Shown here: one piece after another, positions 1-8,572 of the stretch
How positions within the stretch are numbered: the first letter of the stretch is position 1
Layout of the letters: each line of letters opens with the position of its first letter
Source of the DNA: Chloroflexota bacterium
GTDB taxonomy: Bacteria; Chloroflexota; Dehalococcoidia; Lucifugimonadales; UBA3495
DNA length: 64,000 bases
Assembly (NCBI GenBank): GCA_027623815.1
Contig: JAQBUV010000004.1
Span: forward strand, 12,164 to 76,163
Direction of reading: 5' to 3'
Notes under the pieces: model-generated
What the model saw: the letters and a program-made list of their open reading frames with translations, nothing else
Told to the model about the DNA's origin: nothing
The model's database searches: none
Position numbers and translations under genes: made by a program

Positions 1-1
1 G

Positions 2-859
2 TTGATGTACGAGAATAACGAAATTCACTTGACCGGCGTGGGTATCGGCGACCTTGACCGGGTGTTGGACCCCAGCGAGCCTCTGAACGCCCAGCTGCAA
101 ACTGCGCCATCAAATTTCAGCGTTGATTACATTGGCCTCAACGTCGAACAGCCACCGTTGGATGATCCCAAATTACGGCTGGCCTTGAACCTCGCATTTG
201 ATCGGGAAGCCATCGCGACCCAGGTATTATCCAATTTAAGGACACCAGCCAACGGCATCATCCCCATGGGGTTTCCCTCGTATAATACCAACCTCAGCGG
301 CTACCAATATGACCCGGAAATGGCCAGGCAACTGCTCAAAGAATCCAAATACGGTAATGACTTGGATAACCTGCCCCGTATCACCCTGAACATATCGGGT
401 AGTTTTGGGGCCAATGTCCCCTTGGACTTGGAAGTTATACTGCAGGCTTGGGAGCAGGAACTGGGGATCCAAGTTGATATTCAGCAGACTGAGTGGGCGA
501 CCTTCCTTCAGGATCTGCATGCCCGTCGCTACCAAATGTTCACTATCGCCTGGGGAGCCGACTACCCCGATCCGGAGAATTTCCTGGACGTTCTGTTCTA
601 CACCGGGAGTGACAACAACCAGACCAACTACAGCAATCCAGAAGTGGACGCCCTGCTGGAGCAAGCCAGAGTTGAGGGAGATCAGGCCAAGCGGTTTGAG
701 TTGTATAATCGCATTGAGCAGATGATATTGGACGAAGCTCCCTGGGTGCCTCTGTGGAACAGCGGAGAGAGTTACCTTTTGCTAAAGCCAGAGGTCAAGG
801 GTTATTATTTGACCCCCATGACCATACCCAAGTATCGCCACGTATATATTATCAACTAA
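2..859 (+). CDS. ABC transporter substrate-binding protein, family 5 (peptide/nickel type), C-terminal part; 5' end outside window
   Basis: ORF open from the window edge. C-terminal SBP_bac_5-like sequence (TEWATFLQDL, WGADYPDPENFL, NYSNPEVDALLEQA). Followed by two Dpp/Opp-type permease genes. Confidence 0.85.
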   Translation: MMYENNEIHLTGVGIGDLDRVLDPSEPLNAQLQTAPSNFSVDYIGLNVEQPPLDDPKLRLALNLAFDREAIATQVLSNLRTPANGIIPMGFPSYNTNLSGYQYDPEMARQLLKESKYGNDLDNLPRITLNISGSFGANVPLDLEVILQAWEQELGIQVDIQQTEWATFLQDLHARRYQMFTIAWGADYPDPENFLDVLFYTGSDNNQTNYSNPEVDALLEQARVEGDQAKRFELYNRIEQMILDEAPWVPLWNSGESYLLLKPEVKGYYLTPMTIPKYRHVYIIN

Positions 860-871
860 GGGGAACGCTGC

Positions 872-1819
872 TTGGGTACTTATATCGCTCGCCGTTTGTT
901 GTGGGTGCCGGTACTATTGTTTCTGGTCTCATTCATAACCTTTGTCCTGGGGCAATTTGGGCCTGGCGACCCGGTCCAAATTCTTTTGGGCCAATACTCC
1001 GACCCGGCAGCGGTGCAGCGGATTCGAGAACAGCGCGGCCTCGACGAAAACGTCGCAGTCCAATACTATCGGTACATCTCTGGAGTCGTGCAGGGAGACT
1101 TTGGCGAGAGCTACCAGTACCGGGGCCGCAGCGTCGGAGAACTACTCGCCAAGCGCATCCCGGTATCGGCCCAGTTGAACCTGGCCGCCCTGATCATTTC
1201 CGTGGGCTTGGGCATACCCATTGGCTTATTTTCAGCGCTGAAGCAAGGTTCCATTTGGGATACTACCTCGGTAGCCGCCACCTTGCTGGCCCAGTCCCTC
1301 CCGGTTTTCTTTACCGCGCCAGTGCTCTTGCTTGTATTTGCATTGAAGTTGGATATTTTGCCAACCCACGGTTGGGGCGGGTTCTTCGATTCCAGAATCA
1401 TCCTGCCTGCCCTGGTGATTGGCATTCCTGGCGTGGCGATCATCACCCGTCTGACCCGGGCCAGCACCTTAGAGGTGGTGCACCAGGACTATGTGCGCAC
1501 GGCACGGGCCAAGGGGTTGGGCGAACGAGCCGTAATTACCCGTCATATCCTCCGCAACGCTCTGATCCCGGTGGTCACCACTCTGGGATTCGCGCTGGCT
1601 GGTCTGGCTAGCGGTTCATTCATTGTTGAGTTGTATTTCGGCATTCCCGGCGTAGGTCTCCTGGCCATAGAATCCCTCTTTGCCCGGGATTACCCCATCA
1701 TCATGGCCGTAGTAATCATTGGAACAACGCTATTTGTCCTGGCGAACCTGCTGATCGACCTGGCTTATCCTTTCCTAGACCCCAGAATACGTTTGGGAGG
1801 CGGTAATATTGGCGGGTGA
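872..1819 (+). CDS. ABC transporter permease, DppB/OppB-like
   Basis: 315-aa ORF. N-terminus IARRLLWVPVLLFLVSFITFVLGQFGPGDP and multiple TM segments are typical of DppB-type BPD permeases. Starts 12 nt after the SBP stop. Confidence 0.9.
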   Translation: MGTYIARRLLWVPVLLFLVSFITFVLGQFGPGDPVQILLGQYSDPAAVQRIREQRGLDENVAVQYYRYISGVVQGDFGESYQYRGRSVGELLAKRIPVSAQLNLAALIISVGLGIPIGLFSALKQGSIWDTTSVAATLLAQSLPVFFTAPVLLLVFALKLDILPTHGWGGFFDSRIILPALVIGIPGVAIITRLTRASTLEVVHQDYVRTARAKGLGERAVITRHILRNALIPVVTTLGFALAGLASGSFIVELYFGIPGVGLLAIESLFARDYPIIMAVVIIGTTLFVLANLLIDLAYPFLDPRIRLGGGNIGG

Positions 1820-2777
1820 GAATACGACTACAGTACTGACCGGGTCGCCGAGTCATGGCCGAAGTTACATGGCCCTTTCTCTGCGGCGGCTGCGGCGTAA
1901 AAAGCTGGCCATGTTTTTCCTGGGAATCATCGTCATCATGTATGGGGCCGGCATCTTTGCTTCCGTGGTAACCCCCTATGGCTACAACGACCAGGACCTG
2001 TCTATCGCCAAACAAGGCCCCAGTGTCTGGCATCCCTTTGGCACTGATCGTTTAGGCCGGGATATGTTGACCCGCGTCATCTTTGGATTGAGAACCACGG
2101 TGATCATAACCGTTACGTCGTTAGTTGCCGGTAGCCTGTTCTTGGGAATCATCCTGGGCTTGATCAGCGGCTATTTTGGAAAGCTGGCTGACAGCGTCAT
2201 CATGCGGGCTGGCGAGGTGACCTCGGCGTTCCCTGAAGTGTTCCTGTTGTTGATTATTGTGGCCACTTTGCGGCCCCGAATCGTCGTTTGGGTACGGGCA
2301 TTTGAGGACGCTACGGGGATAGATTGGATCGTAAAACTGGGTATAGTCGACTTTGCGGTGGTATCTTTTGCCCTGGCCGTATTCTCCTGGTTCGGCATGG
2401 CCCGCCTGGTCAGAGGGCAGGTGCTTCAAGTGCGGGAAAACCAGTATTCAGAAGCCGCTCGGGCGGTTGGAGCGTCTACCGCTCGTATCTTGCGGGTGCA
2501 CGTATTTCCCAACATCATCAGCCCGGTAATTGTGGCCGTCTCGGCTGGGCTGGCCGCTTTTGCTGGCGCCGAGCTATTTCTCAGCTTTATTGGTATTGGT
2601 GTTCAGCCCCCCACGCCAAGCCTGGGCCGCATGATTTTTGAGGAAAGCAGCATCTCGGTGCTGCGCAGTGACCCGCACCTGCTCTTGTTTCCGGTGATCA
2701 CTGTCTCTATTTTGCTGTTCTCTTTCAACCTGCTGGGCGACGCAGTCAACGACGCCTTCAATCCCCGCACCCGTTGA
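1809..2777 (+). CDS. ABC transporter permease, DppC/OppC-like
   Basis: 322-aa ORF overlapping the upstream permease by 11 nt. Has the GTDRLGRDMLTRVIFG motif and TM-rich body. An alternative ATG start at 1869 (MALSLRRLRRKKLA) is equally plausible. Confidence 0.88.
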   Translation: MAGENTTTVLTGSPSHGRSYMALSLRRLRRKKLAMFFLGIIVIMYGAGIFASVVTPYGYNDQDLSIAKQGPSVWHPFGTDRLGRDMLTRVIFGLRTTVIITVTSLVAGSLFLGIILGLISGYFGKLADSVIMRAGEVTSAFPEVFLLLIIVATLRPRIVVWVRAFEDATGIDWIVKLGIVDFAVVSFALAVFSWFGMARLVRGQVLQVRENQYSEAARAVGASTARILRVHVFPNIISPVIVAVSAGLAAFAGAELFLSFIGIGVQPPTPSLGRMIFEESSISVLRSDPHLLLFPVITVSILLFSFNLLGDAVNDAFNPRTR

Positions 2778-2805
2778 CCGGGCTATTTTAAGACAGTTAG
2801 CCAAC

Positions 2806-3006
2806 ATGAGTCATCCCGAATTTTCCGGCCAGATGGCGGGTTGTGGATGACCCTAACAAGTCGCAGGCGGTAACTCCCTCTCCCTCGATGGGAGAGGGTT
2901 GGGGTGAGGGTGAGTCCCCCTCCCTCTAACTCCCTCCCACCAGAGCAGGGAGGACAGCCTATCGATGCAAAGGGAGTTCCTCTTACCTAAATTCGGGATG
3001 ACTCAT
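2806..3006. mobile_element. MITE-like 201-bp element bounded by a perfect 18-bp inverted repeat
   Basis: ATGAGTCATCCCGAATTT (2806-2823) is the exact reverse complement of AAATTCGGGATGACTCAT (2989-3006). The interior is non-coding and carries a multi-hairpin G/C-rich core. Lies in a convergent intergenic gap. Confidence 0.55.
2874..2952. repeat. G/C-rich multi-hairpin repeat, copy 1 (diverged relative of copies at 6348 and 8392)
   Basis: Perfect 9-bp stem CCCTCTCCC/GGGAGAGGG (2876-2884/2890-2898), then GGGGTGAGGG, then a CCTCCC...GGGAGG stem. Same layout as the other two copies. Confidence 0.6.
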
Positions 3007-3045
3007 ATTTATAATCTGCAGTTCAGCGCCGCTTTGGCTCTTTCG

Positions 3046-4437
3046 CTAACGCCGCCGCCGGATTCCCCTGGCAGTCAGCATTGCCAAAGGCCCGCCCAAC
3101 AGCGCCAGCATCGCCAGGTCGGTCACCGAGTTGCCGGAGTGGCTAGGTGCGCTACAACCGGGTGATGCCTGGTTCGTGTCCTGCTCGACTGGCTCGGGAG
3201 TGTTTGCTGGCACCGGCACGGCGGTCTCCTGGGCGGAGATCGTGGGAGCCGCTGTGGCTGCCAAAATTGACGTAGGTGGTGGGGTAGGCGTGGCCTGCTG
3301 CTGTGCGACTCGATCTTCAGGTTCCGGCAGGGGTTCTAGCCCCAAGGACTTGCGCCATTCAGTGTCCAGTCCATATTGGTCGAATCCGTAAGTCTCTTGC
3401 AGAGCCGTGTCGATGTCAAATGTGCGCTTCAAGGCGACGACCAGGTCGGCCATCTTCTGTTCGTCGTAGTTTGACAGCATAAACTCGACCACCGACTTGC
3501 CCTGCCCGTATGCGATTATTATATCGTCAGGAGTGCCGCTGAAGGTGGCTTGAAACCAGAGCGGCCTGAGCCGCCCATTTTCGATGGCCCGGCTCAAGGC
3601 CCGGTCGTATTCCTCGCCGGGCTCAATATTTCCGTATTCGGCCAGTCCCTCATTGAGCCAGGAAGGAAACTTGGCGGTGGCCCTCCCGGCGGCATCGGCC
3701 ACCAGCAGGTGAGTGAATTCGTGGGACGTGGTGCCCAGATAATCGCTCCCGGCACCGAGTACCAGCAGCACCCGTTCTTCGGAAAATGCGGTGCCCTGAG
3801 TTATCAGGTTATCCCTGACGGCTTGAGCACGAAATGGCAGGGCCTCTACCATCGACCCGTAGTCGCCATAGGTGACAATGTGCAGCGGGTCTTTTGGATC
3901 TATGCCCAGTATCGGCCCCATGCGCTGGAGGGTCTCTTGAGCGGCCTCCAAGATAGCCTGGGCTCGCCCATCAATCACCGTGTCGTTGTAGTAAAGGGTG
4001 ATCAACCCGTCCGACAACGTTTGCCATTCAAGCCGGTGATCCAGGTAAACGAATACCTGGTCTTCGGTTCGGAGCGTCCGGCCAGTCTTGTCCCGAATCT
4101 CAAAGGAATACTCGATGCGGGTTCCCGGAGGTATGAACTCGCCGCCGCTGCCGCTGGGAATCAAGGACTCGCCGGTAATCTCGGTGCCTGGTTCAAAATC
4201 AACCACCCGGTAGCCGCTTCGGTTGCTCTGTCCCAGCTTTTTGAAAGTTACCCGAATATCGTCAATTTCATCCGGGCTGGTGGCTTCGATGAAGAATTTG
4301 ACCCCGTTGGGGAAATCGCTCACCGCGCTCTGACTGACCACCACGATTTGATCTCCATTGGCGTGAACCGCATCGGACGTCGCCAACGTGGTGGCCCCAA
4401 TCAGGATTGCAATAAACCAGAGCAGACATAGCTTCAA
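3046..4437 (-). CDS. Secreted/anchored zinc metallopeptidase (HExxH, MA-clan-like) with Pro/Thr linker and C-terminal sorting-signal-like tail
   Basis: 463 aa. N-terminal signal peptide (MKLCLLWFIAILIGATTLA). HEFTH within TSHEFTHLLVADA, with a downstream NEGLAEY-type Glu. PT-rich linker, then GCS + hydrophobic helix + RRRR at the C-terminus. Confidence 0.75.
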   Translation of the reverse strand: MKLCLLWFIAILIGATTLATSDAVHANGDQIVVVSQSAVSDFPNGVKFFIEATSPDEIDDIRVTFKKLGQSNRSGYRVVDFEPGTEITGESLIPSGSGGEFIPPGTRIEYSFEIRDKTGRTLRTEDQVFVYLDHRLEWQTLSDGLITLYYNDTVIDGRAQAILEAAQETLQRMGPILGIDPKDPLHIVTYGDYGSMVEALPFRAQAVRDNLITQGTAFSEERVLLVLGAGSDYLGTTSHEFTHLLVADAAGRATAKFPSWLNEGLAEYGNIEPGEEYDRALSRAIENGRLRPLWFQATFSGTPDDIIIAYGQGKSVVEFMLSNYDEQKMADLVVALKRTFDIDTALQETYGFDQYGLDTEWRKSLGLEPLPEPEDRVAQQQATPTPPPTSILAATAAPTISAQETAVPVPANTPEPVEQDTNQASPGCSAPSHSGNSVTDLAMLALLGGPLAMLTARGIRRRR

Positions 4438-4678
4438 AAGAACCTCTCAAAAATCGTTAGTACTGTTTGTTACGTTGATCGCCGGATGATAGACCTATGC
4501 AATGATGAAAATCCGGCGTCCTGGTCATGGGATGGCGCATTGTTCCCATCAACAAGGATACACGGTGCCAAATTGAAGGGCTAGGGGATTCAGCTTGACG
4601 CTGGGCGGTTTTATCCGTATTCTCTCTGTTGACGCTAGGTATTTGGCGTTTGCAGATGATTGAATTTAGGAGCGCGAG

Positions 4679-5101
4679 ATGACCCAACCAGCGCCTCGAA
4701 TCACACCTCCGGTGCCTCAGCCTGAGTCTGACTTTTATTGGGAGAAGTGCAAGGAGGGCGAGCTTTGGCTGCGCCATTGCAAAGCCTGTGACCGCAGCTA
4801 CTTCTATCCTCGGGACATCTGTCCCCACTGCTTTTCCCGGGACACTGACTGGGTAAAAACCGACGGCAAGGCGGTGGTGCATACCTTTGCCATTGTCCAT
4901 CGGTCGCCGGTTCCCGCCTTTCGGGACAAAGCGCCCTACGTCACCGCCGTGGTCGAGTTTGCCGGTGGTGCGCGCATGGCTACCAACCTGGTGGAGGTGG
5001 AACCCGACCCGGCCATTATCAAGTGCGGAATGCCGGTGGAGGTGGTCTTTGAGGAGTTGGACGAAAAAATCTCCCTGCCCTACTTCCGGCCAGTCTCTTA
5101 G
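4679..5101 (+). CDS. Zn-ribbon/OB-fold protein (DUF35 family)
   Basis: 140 aa. Four-Cys ribbon CKACDRSYFYPRDICPHC followed by an OB-fold-like region, as in DUF35 acyl-CoA-associated proteins. Confidence 0.8.
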   Translation: MTQPAPRITPPVPQPESDFYWEKCKEGELWLRHCKACDRSYFYPRDICPHCFSRDTDWVKTDGKAVVHTFAIVHRSPVPAFRDKAPYVTAVVEFAGGARMATNLVEVEPDPAIIKCGMPVEVVFEELDEKISLPYFRPVS

Positions 5102-5107
5102 ACCGGG

Positions 5108-5890
5108 ATGTCGGTGTCGTTGCAGGGGAAGGTCGCCATCGTTACCGGCGGCAGTCGCGGCATTGGTCGGGCCATTTGCCAGGGGTTAGCCGCCGAAGGT
5201 TGCTGTGTGGTGGTGACCTCCCGCACTGAGGTTGATGATTCCGCCGACAGTCAGTTTCAGCGTCATGCCTCCGGCACGATACACCAGACTGCCCAGGCGA
5301 TTCAGCGGCGAGGTGGACAGTCCCTGGCGGTCAAATGTGACCTGAGTTCCAGCGATGAAATCCGCCAATTGGTGGCGACCACCCTGGAGCACTTTGGGCG
5401 CATTGATATTCTGGCATCCAACGCCGGAATCGATTGCGAGTCTCTGGTGCCTGATCTGGACGTTGATGCCCTTGATCTGTGTCTGGCGCTCAATGTCCGT
5501 GCGCCCCTGCTACTGTGCAAATACGCTCTGCCCGCCATGATTGGCCAGGGTTTGGGAGGGTCAATCTTCGCGGTAACATCCGGCGCCGCCCGAGGCTACC
5601 GGCCGGGACGAGTCGGCTACTCCATGAGCAAGGCGGCCCTAGACCGAATGTTTCTCAGTCTGGCCGAGGAAGTCCGTCCCCACAACATCGCCGTAAATCT
5701 GTTCAGCCCTGGGCGGGTGGATACCTGGATGAACCGCAACGGCGACTGGCCGGGTACGGCCCACATTCTGATGGTGCCGCCGGACGAAGTGATTCCCGCT
5801 GCGGTTTGGCTGGCGCGGCAGACTGCCGGAACATTTTCCGGTCAGTGGGTGGAGCGCGCCGACTTTGGCGTCACTTGGGGCGATGTGTAG
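5108..5890 (+). CDS. SDR-family oxidoreductase
   Basis: 260 aa. Cofactor motif TGGSRGIGRAI and catalytic YSMSK. Confidence 0.88.
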   Translation: MSVSLQGKVAIVTGGSRGIGRAICQGLAAEGCCVVVTSRTEVDDSADSQFQRHASGTIHQTAQAIQRRGGQSLAVKCDLSSSDEIRQLVATTLEHFGRIDILASNAGIDCESLVPDLDVDALDLCLALNVRAPLLLCKYALPAMIGQGLGGSIFAVTSGAARGYRPGRVGYSMSKAALDRMFLSLAEEVRPHNIAVNLFSPGRVDTWMNRNGDWPGTAHILMVPPDEVIPAAVWLARQTAGTFSGQWVERADFGVTWGDV

Positions 5891-6000
5891 CACAGGTCGG
5901 CGTCACCTTTAGCTGCCTGCCCCTGCTGATTAGCTACTACCCTAAATAGCCCTTCCGTACTATACTTCCCGATGTATCAAAGCCTACAGGAGGAAACATC

Positions 6001-6312
6001 ATGACTTCACCACGTACTGCTGCCCAGGAAGTTGCCCCTAAAATGGCCGAACTCAGCGCCAACGTGCTGTTTGGCGATGTCTGGGAACGTCCCGGACTGT
6101 CCAAGCGAGACCGGAGCCTGATTACCGTAGCGACGTTGGTTGCCCTGTATCGCACCGATCAACTCCGGGGGCATATTGGCCGCGCGCTGGATAACGGCGT
6201 CACCAAGGAAGAAATCGGCGAGGTAATCACCCACATGGCTTTCTACGGTGGTTGGCCCACCGCGGCCAACGCCGTTCAGGTGGCTAAAGAAGTGTTCGAC
6301 TCCAGAAAGTAA
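6001..6312 (+). CDS. Carboxymuconolactone decarboxylase (CMD/AhpD-like) family protein
   Basis: 103 aa. LITVATLVAL...GVTKEEIGEVITHMAFYGGWP is typical of the CMD domain. Confidence 0.8.
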   Translation: MTSPRTAAQEVAPKMAELSANVLFGDVWERPGLSKRDRSLITVATLVALYRTDQLRGHIGRALDNGVTKEEIGEVITHMAFYGGWPTAANAVQVAKEVFDSRK

Positions 6313-6347
6313 AATGGCAACCTGTCAATATAGTTTTGATATATAGC

Positions 6348-6430
6348 TTCCTCTCCCCTTGTTGGAGAGGATTGAGGTGAGGGGTATCACCCTCATCCCG
6401 ACCTTCCCCCATCAAAGGGGAAGGTGCCCC
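6348..6430. repeat. Three-hairpin G/C-rich intergenic repeat, copy 2
   Basis: Three consecutive stems: 6350-6356/6364-6370 (CCTCTCC/GGAGAGG), 6376-6383/6390-6397, and 6401-6409/6417-6425 (ACCTTCCCC/GGGGAAGGT). About 85% identical by eye to the copy at 8392-8470. Confidence 0.75.
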
Positions 6431-6561
6431 TGTCCAACATGGTTTGGATTATCAAAATCAATCTCAAACGGCAATGCCTTTGCCGTTCAAACAAGAATCT
6501 TGACTCGAATGTGGTCGCTTGGTCATTCAAGCGACCGCCACAACAGACCGGGAGGTAGGTT

Positions 6562-8232
6562 ATGCCACGGATGACGGGCGGGCGGTTTATCGCCGAAACT
6601 TTTCAAGCCTATGGGATCACCCACGTGTTTTTCATGCCGGTAATCATCCAGCAAGCGTTGTTGGAGATGGAGCGATTGGGTATCCGGCGCATCATGACTC
6701 ACGGGGAGAAGGCCGCCGCATACATGGCTGATGGCTATGCCCGCATCTCCAAGCGGGTTGGCGTATGCATGTCCCAGTCGGTGGGTGCGGCGAACCTGGC
6801 CGCCGGTCTGCAAGACCCCTTCCTGGCCTCCTCGCCGGTGATGGCAATTACGGGCCGCCGACCTCAGACCGACCAGCATCGTCACGCCTACCAGGAAATT
6901 GACCACACCGAGCCGTTCAACGCGGTGACCAAGTACAACGTGCTGGTCAACAGCGCCGAACAGCTTCCCGAGTACCTGCGGCAGGGTTTCCGCGCCGCCA
7001 CTTCCGGCACGCCCGGGCCGGTGCACCTGGACTTTGAAGGTACCACCGGTGCAACCATCGCCGGAGCCGAGGCCGACCTGTCAGTGATGGTAGATGAACC
7101 CTTCGCCATGGTGCCGCCCTTCCGTCCCGAACCGTCAATGGAGTTGGTGCGGCAGGCGGCACAGGTCATCTCGCAGGCTCGCCGGCCGGTGATTATCGCG
7201 GGTGGCGGAGTGGTCGCTTCTGGCGCGCAGCGGGAAGTTGTGGAGTTGGCGGAGATGCTGTCAATTCCGGTGGCGACTTCGCTGAACGCCAAAGGCACCA
7301 TCCCGGAGAACCACCCGCTCTACGTCGGCGTCTGCGGGAATTACTCTCGCTGGTGCGCCAACCGGGTGGTGTCGGAAGCTGACCTGGTGATCTACCTGGG
7401 CAGCAGCACCGGCAGCATGGTTACCAACGAATGGACGGTACCGGCTCCAGGCACTCCCATAGTTCAAATCGACATCAACGCCGCTGAATTGGGTCGAAGC
7501 TATCCGGCTCAAGCTGCGCTACAGGGCGATGCCAAAGCTTCGATACGCAAACTGATTGAGGCGATGGAGCCTCTGGGCCCGCGCACCGAATGGGTGAACC
7601 GAACCCGGCAGTTGGTCAATGACTGGCAGGACGAGGTTGCCCCTCATGTAAACTCCGACACGGTTCCCATGCGTCCAGAGCGGTTGTGCAAAGAACTTTC
7701 TGATTTTCTGCCTTCGGACTCGATATTGGTGTCGGATACCGGCCACGCTGGAATCTGGACCAGCACTATGCTGGACTTGAATCATCCGGACCAGAGCTAT
7801 ATCAGGTGCGCCGGTTCTTTGGGTTGGAGCTTCCCCGCCGCGATGGGCGCCAAGTGCGCCGCACCGGAGCGTCCGGTGCTTTGCTTCACCGGCGACGGCG
7901 GTTTCTGGTACCACCTGACCGAGTTGGAGACCGCCCTGCGGTACGGGATAAACACGGTAACGGTGGTCAATAACAACCGCTCGTTGAACCAGGAAAAGCG
8001 GGGCAACGAGTTGACCTACGGTGGGCAGACCGCCGGTTCTGATGAGCTGTGGATGCTCTCCGATGTGGACTTCAGCAAGGTCGCCGAATCTATGGGTTGT
8101 TTTGGAATTCGGGTGGAGCGTCCCAGCGAGCTACAGGGCGCGCTGGAACAGGCCTTCGCTTCAGGGAAGCCAGCGGTGGTCGATGTGGTCACCGACATTG
8201 CGGGGATTGCGCCGAGAGCCTGGAGTCCCTAG
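6562..8232 (+). CDS. Thiamine-pyrophosphate-dependent enzyme (acetolactate synthase-like family)
   Basis: 556 aa. Three-domain TPP-enzyme layout with TPP-binding motif GDGGFWY...NNN. GGAGG 6 nt upstream of the ATG. Confidence 0.85.
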   Translation: MPRMTGGRFIAETFQAYGITHVFFMPVIIQQALLEMERLGIRRIMTHGEKAAAYMADGYARISKRVGVCMSQSVGAANLAAGLQDPFLASSPVMAITGRRPQTDQHRHAYQEIDHTEPFNAVTKYNVLVNSAEQLPEYLRQGFRAATSGTPGPVHLDFEGTTGATIAGAEADLSVMVDEPFAMVPPFRPEPSMELVRQAAQVISQARRPVIIAGGGVVASGAQREVVELAEMLSIPVATSLNAKGTIPENHPLYVGVCGNYSRWCANRVVSEADLVIYLGSSTGSMVTNEWTVPAPGTPIVQIDINAAELGRSYPAQAALQGDAKASIRKLIEAMEPLGPRTEWVNRTRQLVNDWQDEVAPHVNSDTVPMRPERLCKELSDFLPSDSILVSDTGHAGIWTSTMLDLNHPDQSYIRCAGSLGWSFPAAMGAKCAAPERPVLCFTGDGGFWYHLTELETALRYGINTVTVVNNNRSLNQEKRGNELTYGGQTAGSDELWMLSDVDFSKVAESMGCFGIRVERPSELQGALEQAFASGKPAVVDVVTDIAGIAPRAWSP

Positions 8233-8270
8233 AGGTCTGCCTCGCCGCTAGTTCACCCTCTCCTGACGTG

Positions 8271-8366
8271 CTTAGGGCCCATGACGAAATAAGTGGATCT
8301 GTATTAGCCAAATTTCAGTGTGTCCACACTGAAATTTGCATCACTTATTTAGTCACGGCTACTTAA
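8271..8366. mobile_element. MITE-like element, variant copy of the TTAG-flanked family (different interior)
   Basis: Starts CTTAGGGCCCATGACGAAATAAGTG and ends CACTTATTTAGTCACGGCTACTTAA, so the ends are related to the copies at 18169 and 35114. The interior holds a 14-bp perfect hairpin at 8309-8338. Confidence 0.55.
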
Positions 8367-8391
8367 TGCACGGACATCTTCAGGAATGGCA

Positions 8392-8470
8392 TCCTCTCCC
8401 CCTGTTGGAGAGGACTGAGGTGAGGGGATTCACCTTCATCCCAACCTTCTCCCATCGAGGGAGAAGGGGC
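8392..8470. repeat. Three-hairpin G/C-rich intergenic repeat, copy 3
   Basis: TCCTCTCCCCCTGTTGGAGAGGACTGAGGTGAGGGGATTCACCTTCATCCCAACCTTCTCCCATCGAGGGAGAAGG. Same order and orientation of the three stems as copy 2. Confidence 0.75.
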
Positions 8471-8572
8471 CGTTGTCAGGCCCCGCAAAAAACTGTCGTG
8501 GGATAGCTCACTACGGGAGAGGAAGCTCCCGACAAAAAGTGTCGTGTGAGCATCGCATTTTGTTTAGAGCAA

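Noticed and set aside
754-1611. 285-aa + strand ORF overlapping the DppB-like permease in another frame
   Set aside because: Arg/Pro/Gly-rich nonsense translation. The overlapping frame (872-1819) has unmistakable permease sequence.
3550-4431. 293-aa + strand ORF opposite the metallopeptidase gene
   Set aside because: Shadow ORF. No motifs and a Gly/Pro/Arg-rich composition typical of the antisense frame. The - strand frame carries a signal peptide and HExxH.
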